Assembly (NCBI GenBank): GCA_048886685.1
Contig: JBHLKM010000024.1
Span: 1,202 to 41,170 of the forward strand
Reading direction: 5' to 3'
From: Candidatus Hodarchaeota archaeon
Lineage (GTDB): Archaea; Asgardarchaeota; Lokiarchaeia; Sigyniarchaeales; SOKP01
Length of the DNA stretch: 39,969 nt
Within the stretch, counting starts at the first letter, position 1, and the number at the start of each line of letters is the position of its first letter. Under the pieces are notes generated by a model. It was not told where the DNA came from, did not search any database, and saw only the letters and a program-made list of their open reading frames with translations. Made by a program: the position numbers and the translations under genes. Shown in pieces: positions 33,389-39,969 of the stretch.

Positions 33389-33610
33389 ATGATTTGTGAC
33401 TATTTTGATGCTGTCGGTGAGTCATTTGAATTCTTAATTGCATTAGGATCTCTTATAGGAGTCTTAGGATTGATTGTAGGAATTCTTGGGTGGCTTTTTT
33501 TAGGACAATTTCAACGTCATAAAATGATTGGTGTGATCATCGTGTCAATGGTATTATTGGCCCTCTGTGGTGTCTCTACTGGATTCAAATATTTCCATAT
33601 TTATCATTAA
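33389..33610 (+). CDS. Small two-TM protein, VirB2/CedA1 pilin-like
   Basis: 73 aa with two Gly-rich hydrophobic helices separated by a short basic loop (LFLGQFQRHKM). The pilin call is pattern-based only. Confidence 0.55.
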   Translation: MICDYFDAVGESFEFLIALGSLIGVLGLIVGILGWLFLGQFQRHKMIGVIIVSMVLLALCGVSTGFKYFHIYH

Positions 33611-33662
33611 GCAAGACAAAATCTAAGATTTTAAAAAAGATGTTGTCAACAGTAACAATAGT

Positions 33663-34328
33663 ATGAAAGATCTAGGAAAAAAGCTTCTATTCTTTGTATT
33701 TGTATATTTAGTCTACCAGAATATTTTCTATATCTTATTTGTACCAAAAATCTATTCAAATTCTTTATATGTCCTATACCTGCTTACAGCATACTTAATT
33801 ACGCTAACAGATACACTCATAAGGTCAATCCCTCAACAAAGAAGTGAATCAAAGTTATTTGACTTTTTATTACTTACTATATTGCTTTTGTCTCCTTTCT
33901 TCTTGATTGGAGCCTATTATGAGAATAAGCTATTGATATCCAAGATAATTCCTCTTTGGGATAACATTAATATAAGTTATGTAGGCTTCACCCTCTATCT
34001 TTCCGGTGGATTGCTTACAATCGTTGCACGTGCTCAAATAGGACGGTTTGGAACGGGTGAATTAATCACTGAAGAAGATCATCAACTCATTACTCATGGG
34101 GTATATAATTATATTCGAAATCCCATGTATTCAGGTACTTTAATTGCCACCATTGGATTTTGCCTTGTGTTTAGATGCATCATTACTCTCATTGTGATGT
34201 TTCTATATTACTTTTTAATATTTAGAATGCGGATTAAGGAAGAAGAAAGGATACTTGTAGAAAAATTCGGTAAAGAATTTCAAGAGTACAAAAACAGAAC
34301 GAAAAAATTAATCCCCTTTCTTTATTAA
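33663..34328 (+). CDS. Isoprenylcysteine carboxyl methyltransferase (ICMT/PEMT) family protein
   Basis: HQLITHGVYNYIRNPMYSG and RIKEEERILVEKFGKEFQEYKNRTKKLIP. Confidence 0.9.
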   Translation: MKDLGKKLLFFVFVYLVYQNIFYILFVPKIYSNSLYVLYLLTAYLITLTDTLIRSIPQQRSESKLFDFLLLTILLLSPFFLIGAYYENKLLISKIIPLWDNINISYVGFTLYLSGGLLTIVARAQIGRFGTGELITEEDHQLITHGVYNYIRNPMYSGTLIATIGFCLVFRCIITLIVMFLYYFLIFRMRIKEEERILVEKFGKEFQEYKNRTKKLIPFLY

Positions 34329-34362
34329 CGCCTAATTTCTTTAAATAACAATGTTAGATATT

Positions 34363-34734
34363 TTAGTGATATCCCGGATTTGATGTCTCATTCCCTATAG
34401 TAAATCCAAATAAGTCAAGCACGGTCCCGGTACACCAACATCCAATCCACAGTAAAATGATCCCAATTATAAATGAGCGTGTATGTATTCGCCTACCAAC
34501 AAATATGCTTAATATGTTTATTATCGTCATAGCACTACCAATCGTTAGACACGCCACTCCAAATGTATCGAATACTTTTGAGAAGGTAGCACCTACTTGA
34601 TACCGTAAATTGACCGCAAAAAAGGGAAAGTAGATTACTACAAAAATAATAATCACTATAAACGTATAGCCAACCCATTTTGAACTCTTCTCAGGCTTGA
34701 GTAGATAATATTTTTCTTTTTTCATCTCTTTCAT
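34363..34734 (-). CDS. Three-TM small protein, VirB2/TrbC propilin-like
   Basis: N-terminal TM followed by a hairpin with ILSIFVGRRIHTRSFIIGIILLWIG. T5CC-TATA motif at 34775-34789. Confidence 0.55.
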   Translation of the reverse strand: MKEMKKEKYYLLKPEKSSKWVGYTFIVIIIFVVIYFPFFAVNLRYQVGATFSKVFDTFGVACLTIGSAMTIINILSIFVGRRIHTRSFIIGIILLWIGCWCTGTVLDLFGFTIGNETSNPGYH

Positions 34735-34942
34735 CTATAAATTTTTAGTAATTAATCACGAAAGAAGCTCGTTCTATTTAAAGGAAAAACGTTGACACCA
34801 AGTAGACGAATTTTTATTTAAATAGGCCTAGCATACATCATATGATATGTTTGAAATCAAATTTCCAGTAACAAATTTCTTTATATGTGTAGTCAACTTA
34901 TCTATTGTTAGTATATACATTTTTATAGGTTTTATAGGACCT

Positions 34943-35188
34943 ATGGCGAAAAAGTATTATTGTCCAAGATGTAAAAATCCAAAAGTATTTGAATATCCAG
35001 ACTCAATAGAGTGTCCTGATTGCTTATTGGAGTTTGATAAAAAACATATTGGGGTTATTCCCGATGATGAGATATTAGCGTTTTCAGAGATGGACAGCTT
35101 TTTTGATTCGTTCGAAGAGATAAAAGACCCTGAAAAAGCTAAAAAATTTTTTGATTCGATAATGGAAGACCTGGAAGATGAAAATTAA
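34943..35188 (+). CDS. Small Zn-ribbon protein with an acidic tail
   Basis: YCPRCKNPKVFEYPDSIECPDCLLEF. ATG 34943 preferred over 34847. Confidence 0.7.
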   Translation: MAKKYYCPRCKNPKVFEYPDSIECPDCLLEFDKKHIGVIPDDEILAFSEMDSFFDSFEEIKDPEKAKKFFDSIMEDLEDEN

Positions 35189-35242
35189 ATCTTGTTTTTT
35201 GATTGTTCAAATTTTTGTTTAAATAAGTTCAGCTAATCTATG

Positions 35243-35273
35243 ATTCACCTTTAATTATAATAGAAAGGTGAAT
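35243..35273. repeat. 10-bp perfect inverted repeat with a palindromic core
   Basis: ATTCACCTTT (35243-35252) and AAAGGTGAAT (35264-35273) flank ATTATAAT. Confidence 0.6.
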
Positions 35274-35350
35274 TATGAAGCTTAAGATTTTTACGTTACT
35301 AACCCGACTATACCATATGATAAAAGGATGGTAGCTATTCCCCAATATCT

Positions 35351-35365
35351 TTTTTTCTTTATTAA
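35351..35365 (+). promoter_or_regulatory. T6C-TATA promoter of fen
   Basis: TTTTTTCTTTATTAA, with the C 31 nt upstream of ATG 35388. Confidence 0.55.
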
Positions 35366-35387
35366 TCCTTGTAGCTAGTTTATATTC

Positions 35388-36482
35388 ATGGGAGTTAAAC
35401 TACAAGATCTCATTGTTCGGAAGCCTATTGAGTTTCAAACATTAGCAGGTAAGATTATCGCAGTTGATGCCCCTAATATAATTATGGGATTATTCAATTT
35501 TGCCAGAAAAAATCCAGATGGAACCTATGCTGGATTAATTTTAGATAGAACCCAACGGCCTATCTCGCATTTATATGGGCTTCTGTACCGAATCAATTTT
35601 TATTATTCTAAAAAGATGTTCCCCATTTTTTGTTTTGACGGGCGTGATTCTGAGTGTAAGACATTAATTACCAAGGATCGATTAAGGGATTTCAGATTCA
35701 CGCGGAAATGGTATGAAGAGGAAATTAAAAGCGGGGATAAAAATGCAGCAAGACAGATTGCCTTAAGTAAAGAATATCTGTGGCAAAACATTATTTTAGA
35801 ATCAAAACAATTACTCGGAGCATTAGGTGTCCCATATGTAGATTCTCCCGCTTCAGCAGAATCTCAATGTGCGTATTTAGTAAAGGAAGGGATTGCTCAC
35901 TATTCCAATTCCCAAGACTTTGATTCCCTTTTATTTGGATGCCCTCATCTTGTACAAAATTTTTCAAAATCGTTGAGAAGAAAAGTTCAAGGCAAGTGGA
36001 CCTATACTAAAATAACTCCTTTGGGCATTGATTTGCGAAAAAACTTGAAAAAATTAGAGATCAATCAATTTCAATTAGTTGATTGGGGATTATTGGTAGG
36101 TACAGATTACTTTCCTGGGATAAAAGGGATAGGACCAAAAAAAGCCCTGAAGTATATCAAGGAGTATAAACAAGTAGAAAAAGTTCTATCAACTGCAAAC
36201 GAGAAAAATGATATGGGTACCTTAACTCCCGAAATTATTAAAACAGTGAGAAAAATATTTCTTTTTCCTGAAGTGAACAAATCACCAGACTCATTTTATT
36301 GGAATTTCCCTTATAAACCAAGGGTAGTAGAATTATTATGTAGTGAACACTACCTAAACAAGGAACGTGTAGAAAGTAATTTAGAAAAGTTGGCTTCTAA
36401 TTACCAGAAATGTAGAGACTATTTTTTAAAGTTACAGGAGAAACCAAAATCAATTCAGCTAACTTTAGATAATATCATTTAA
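35388..36482 (+). CDS. fen: Flap endonuclease-1 family nuclease (divergent)
   Basis: MGV start, AVDA, SHLYGLLYR, FDG, SQDFDSLLFG, GTDYFPGIKGIGPKKA and a C-terminal PIP-like QLTLDNII. Confidence 0.9.
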   Translation: MGVKLQDLIVRKPIEFQTLAGKIIAVDAPNIIMGLFNFARKNPDGTYAGLILDRTQRPISHLYGLLYRINFYYSKKMFPIFCFDGRDSECKTLITKDRLRDFRFTRKWYEEEIKSGDKNAARQIALSKEYLWQNIILESKQLLGALGVPYVDSPASAESQCAYLVKEGIAHYSNSQDFDSLLFGCPHLVQNFSKSLRRKVQGKWTYTKITPLGIDLRKNLKKLEINQFQLVDWGLLVGTDYFPGIKGIGPKKALKYIKEYKQVEKVLSTANEKNDMGTLTPEIIKTVRKIFLFPEVNKSPDSFYWNFPYKPRVVELLCSEHYLNKERVESNLEKLASNYQKCRDYFLKLQEKPKSIQLTLDNII

Positions 36483-36568
36483 AGTCTTTTTTTATTGCAA
36501 TTATTTTTTCATTTAAATAGATTGACCAGTACTTTTGTTCAGATATAATTACATTTGTCCTATTTACA

Positions 36569-37138
36569 ATGACTCAAATAGTTAAGAAAGAGTATCCTTG
36601 GATTTCACCATTAACAACTTTAGGGAAATCGCAACGAAAAATTAAGGAAATTGTACTAAACCGTTTATTTCGAGAGATTTGTTTTGTTTCACACCTCCAG
36701 AAAATTAGAGCTTTAACTTCCCAAGAGTATAAGGATCTTGCAGACTATACTGAGTTCCCTGTCAGCCTAATCCATTCTATAATAAGCAAGTTTTTAGTGA
36801 ATTTAATATATTTTAGAGAATTCCTTCGAGATTATTCATTTACATATGATTATACAAAAAGTCTTAGAAAATTACAGGTTTACTTGCATAAACTCCATCG
36901 ATTTGCTCCTATATTTGACTATTCCCGTGCCAGAGAAAATGCACTGATCCTCAAAACTATTCTTGCTAGAAAGTGCTTTTTACCTAAGTTTACTACTCAG
37001 CTCGCGATTGTTCTGTTTGTAACGGATTTAAATGATAAAGAGTATGAAAACAAAATTATCCAAACTAATTTGAGAGTTTTTTGCAATTGTAGCGCCTATG
37101 CCTTTCATAGATCTCGAAATAAATTAGGTTTAAAATGA
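36569..37138 (+). CDS. Hypothetical basic protein with a TFB C-terminal cyclin-repeat-like segment
   Basis: LAIVLFVTD...KIIQTNLRVFCNCSAYAFHRSRNKL resembles the TFB pattern LAAAALYIA...[24 protein letters not shown]. Confidence 0.5.
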   Translation: MTQIVKKEYPWISPLTTLGKSQRKIKEIVLNRLFREICFVSHLQKIRALTSQEYKDLADYTEFPVSLIHSIISKFLVNLIYFREFLRDYSFTYDYTKSLRKLQVYLHKLHRFAPIFDYSRARENALILKTILARKCFLPKFTTQLAIVLFVTDLNDKEYENKIIQTNLRVFCNCSAYAFHRSRNKLGLK

Positions 37139-37261
37139 TCTTTGAGAATTTTTTCTAACCTCATTTTTGAATTTCCTACTCCTGATCATTTAAACATGAT
37201 TTTTTATTTAAATATACAAAATGAGATCTCAACCATAAAAACTTAAAATTGTGTATTAAAA

Positions 37262-37810
37262 ATGATAAATCACATTCCAAAAGTGTTATATAAGAATAAT
37301 ATAACTGAAGTGTTGGACGACATAAGATATAACTATGGAAAGTTAACTCGTAAAGGATATATCTATGGTCTAATTGCAATCGACCAAGATGCTAAGATTA
37401 TCGCCATTGACTCTCGTTTTGACCGAAAACTGAATTATTGGGATTTGAGTTCTATTGGAGCAGCTCTATACGGAGTTGCACGACAAGGGCAAGATTTTTT
37501 TGAATCTGATTCTCTTGAAAGAGCAACAATAATTTATAATGATATGCGATTATTCGTGAAGTCAATTGGACCCGTTAAGCTTCAGAAAAAAGGTAAGCGA
37601 GATATACTAGTAGTTATGCTTTCAGATAATGATGTGAACTTAGGTGTTATTTTCCTCCAGCTCAGCAAATTTACTCTAAAAATCAAAGAGGAAATTGAGC
37701 AAAACCAATCGACCCAACGAATTTTAAAAATGTCGGAGAAAGAGATAAAAGAGCATATTAAAGAATTAAAGAAGGAAATTTTCTCTGATAGGCTCGGAAG
37801 TATTAGTTAG
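37262..37810 (+). CDS. Roadblock/LC7 (MglB-like) protein
   Basis: GLIAIDQDAKIIA, DLSSIGAALYGVARQ and ILVVMLSDNDVNLGVIFLQL. Directly upstream of the small GTPase. Confidence 0.85.
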   Translation: MINHIPKVLYKNNITEVLDDIRYNYGKLTRKGYIYGLIAIDQDAKIIAIDSRFDRKLNYWDLSSIGAALYGVARQGQDFFESDSLERATIIYNDMRLFVKSIGPVKLQKKGKRDILVVMLSDNDVNLGVIFLQLSKFTLKIKEEIEQNQSTQRILKMSEKEIKEHIKELKKEIFSDRLGSIS

Positions 37811-37844
37811 ACCCATTAGTAAAAAATAGCTAAGCGGTGAGACG

Positions 37845-38492
37845 ATGGAAATACATCAGAAAGATGAAAGTGAGTTAGAAGTAAGTGATGAGTTCGATTT
37901 TAACGACTCAGAAAACATGCTACAGTTTAAGATCGTGTATTGGGGTCCAGGGGAGAGTGGCAAAACAACCAACTTTTTTCGGTTGCGAGAGAAATTCGAT
38001 CTCCTGAAGTTATCGAGAGGATATTCAATTGAAACCACAGAAGGAAGAACTTTATGGGAAGATTCACTTTATCTATTGTTTAAGTTTACGTTAAAAGATC
38101 TCAAGTTTAACATTATTGCTCATGTAGTAGCTTGTACGGGGCAAGAAAGGTTTTTATCGACTCGAGAGTATGTATTAGATGGGGCTGATGGGATCGTATT
38201 TATAGGTGATTCCGATCCTGAGAAATTAGAACAAAACAAAAGAAGCTTCAGAGAGTTAGTGAGTTTTGCGTCGCCTAAAAACGTTCCTTACTTAGTACAG
38301 TTAAACAAACGAGATTTAAAAGAGGCGATCGGTATTTCTAAATTTAAAATGGCTCTCGGGTTGCCTTTATTAGAAAAATATCCAGACGGAACTAATGTAG
38401 TGTATCCTGCTGAAGCGCTTCAGGGAAAAAATGTAGTCGAATGCTTTAAGCATATTATTCTTCAAGCAATTTTTAATTATTTTCAAGAATAA
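37845..38492 (+). CDS. MglA-family small GTPase
   Basis: KIVYWGPGESGKTTN, GRTL (intrinsic Arg finger), Asp-less G3 CTGQ, DGIVFIGDS and QLNKRDL. Confidence 0.9.
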   Translation: MEIHQKDESELEVSDEFDFNDSENMLQFKIVYWGPGESGKTTNFFRLREKFDLLKLSRGYSIETTEGRTLWEDSLYLLFKFTLKDLKFNIIAHVVACTGQERFLSTREYVLDGADGIVFIGDSDPEKLEQNKRSFRELVSFASPKNVPYLVQLNKRDLKEAIGISKFKMALGLPLLEKYPDGTNVVYPAEALQGKNVVECFKHIILQAIFNYFQE

Positions 38493-38503
38493 CTATTATC
38501 TAC

Positions 38504-39787
38504 GTGAGAAAAAAGGTGGATTCAGGAGAGGATTTTATTACCCCAGAATTTTTCAACATTTTATTTTTCCAGCAGAAAAATCTAGTCATATTTCCCTACG
38601 TTGATTTGAAACATCTCCATTCTCTTGAAATATTTGTCGCAGGATATAGCCCAATTGATCTAGAATCCACGGCGTTACACGATTTAAGAAATATATTGGA
38701 GTTTGAATCAAGTAATACCTATTCTCAATCACCAACCTTCTATTTTATTTATAATTTAGATAGGAATAAGACCAAAGAGATATTGACTATTGAGAATATT
38801 CGCTGTGTGTTAAATTCTAATGAAATTATCCCCGAATTAGCAAATAGTTCTGAATTTGTGTTTTATAACAAAAAAAATAATCAATTTATAAATTATACCG
38901 GTTCTAATTTAGCCTTTGAACAACAACTCATATCAGATTCTCCAAATATAAGTATATTACAAGATAAAATACAGAGTATCAAAAATGTCGCATCGCAGAT
39001 CTTTACCGAGATTAACCAAAACAGTTCATCTAATAAAATCCCAAAGTTGTTAAAGGGATTCCCGCAAATATTTTGGCAAAAAATCCTTGATTTTACTAGT
39101 CGATATTTTGGTATAAATATTCCTCATCTTTCTCAACTACAAACCGATTCATATGAACCCCCTTCAGTCGGTACCAGAAAAGATTTTAAAGATTTCTTCG
39201 AGGAATATGAATTGATCGTTTCTTTGAATAAAACACTAGGCAAAGAGTTCATTCAACAGCTCCACGAGTTTAGAAGTAAACGAGTAAATTCTGAATACTT
39301 AGAGTTGGAAGAGTTGTTCAGTCCGCTTAAATTATATAATTATCTACGAAATCGGCATTGGAAAGAAGGAATTCCTCAGAAATTTATAGACAAATGGCTG
39401 CAGATGGACATCTCTCAATATACTTTAACTGACTCTGATATTTCTGACCTTGAAACGATCTTTGCGAAGTTAGAGATCTGTCACAATACCATACCACCCT
39501 CTGAAGACCTAAGTCCGAGTATCGAACCTGAACGAGCTGAGCTTACATTTTCTGGTCATGAACTTGTAGACAATATACCTTCCTTACAAAATTGGTCACA
39601 GTTTAATGAGTGGATTATATCACAAATAGAAAGCATCGAAAAGATGATTAATCGATTATTGTCTCAGGGAACAAAAAAAGAAATTCTAACATCATTATAT
39701 AGTGACCTCTTGTACTTAGGGCAGTTACTTGGAGTAAAACTTCAAAAAGAAAAGATAAAAGGGAAAAAGAATGATATAATATTCTAA
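38504..39787 (+). CDS. Hypothetical protein
   Basis: 427-aa ORF starting 11 nt after the GTPase stop. No recognised motif. Confidence 0.65.
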   Translation: MRKKVDSGEDFITPEFFNILFFQQKNLVIFPYVDLKHLHSLEIFVAGYSPIDLESTALHDLRNILEFESSNTYSQSPTFYFIYNLDRNKTKEILTIENIRCVLNSNEIIPELANSSEFVFYNKKNNQFINYTGSNLAFEQQLISDSPNISILQDKIQSIKNVASQIFTEINQNSSSNKIPKLLKGFPQIFWQKILDFTSRYFGINIPHLSQLQTDSYEPPSVGTRKDFKDFFEEYELIVSLNKTLGKEFIQQLHEFRSKRVNSEYLELEELFSPLKLYNYLRNRHWKEGIPQKFIDKWLQMDISQYTLTDSDISDLETIFAKLEICHNTIPPSEDLSPSIEPERAELTFSGHELVDNIPSLQNWSQFNEWIISQIESIEKMINRLLSQGTKKEILTSLYSDLLYLGQLLGVKLQKEKIKGKKNDIIF

Positions 39788-39969
39788 TTATACTTTAATT
39801 ACATCAACGATAATTCCAGGCTGATTTTCTGTGTCGACGTAATCATTAATTTTTTTGTCTGGTGGAATACCCGAAGCTGATTCCTGCCTTTTGTTCACAA
39901 TTTTATATTTAGCTAAAAATTGTAGGATGCTCTCATTCTCAAATTCTAACCACTGTGCTTTCCTATGGA
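39788..39969 (-). CDS. 3' end of a gene entering from the right edge
   Basis: The minus-strand frame is open from the edge for about 60 codons (...YKIVNKRQESASGIPPDKKINDYVDTENQPGIIVDVIKV*). Its stop abuts the stop of the 427-aa ORF. Confidence 0.6.
   Translation of the reverse strand, partial: HRKAQWLEFENESILQFLAKYKIVNKRQESASGIPPDKKINDYVDTENQPGIIVDVIKV

Noticed and set aside
1567-38038. Other short ORFs overlapping longer genes (e.g. 1567, 2457, 4100, 6246, 8408, 8433, 8909, 9097, 10542, 12153, 14805, 15132, 16881, 18766, 20676, 23083, 28894, 30281, 31555, 32091, 35603, 37176, 37856)
   Set aside because: Antisense shadows of well-supported genes with no independent evidence.
23749-38492. 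Eukaryote-like CAAX pathway (prenyltransferase + protease + ICMT + small GTPase)
   Set aside because: The prenyltransferase-repeat protein looks extracellular and lacks a clear Zn motif. The peptidase is not recognisably Rce1 or Ste24, the GTPase ends in FNYFQE with no CAAX, and ICMT-family genes are common in prokaryotes.
8215-38492. Integrated conjugative element or provirus
   Set aside because: No integrase, relaxase, primase, capsid gene, tRNA or att repeat was seen. Boundaries outside the window cannot be excluded.

Overview
AT-rich archaeal chromosomal segment, most likely from an Asgard archaeon of the Lokiarchaeia type. This is inferred from the archaeal RadA, Hef, Hel308, FEN1 and TFB genes together with a Roadblock + MglA-type GTPase pair and a wHTH/multi-pass membrane gene pair. 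I found no rRNA, tRNA, CRISPR array, transposase or integrase. From about 8.2 to 38.5 kb the window holds an unusually dense set of divergent recombination and repair paralogues: Hel308 with an inserted SWIM finger, Hef with a degenerate ERCC4 domain, a RadB-like ATPase, RadA with an extra C-terminal HhH domain, a variant FEN1 and a stand-alone topoisomerase-type Zn ribbon. These are interleaved with membrane genes: a 5-gene operon with a membrane-anchored HhH protein and a 1261-aa HerA/VirB4-like pseudo-ATPase, two VirB2/CedA1-like pilin candidates, a membrane metallopeptidase and two surface proteins. A divergent TFB paralogue lies in the middle. At least 11 genes in the window share a non-canonical promoter, T5-6-C-TTTAWAWA, which has a T-tract where the purine-rich BRE normally sits and whose C lies 30-36 nt upstream of the ATG. 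Main hypothesis (inference): a co-regulated DNA uptake/exchange plus homologous recombination programme under an alternative TFB, analogous to the TFB3/Ced system of Sulfolobales. All family calls come from reading motifs by eye; no database searches were run.
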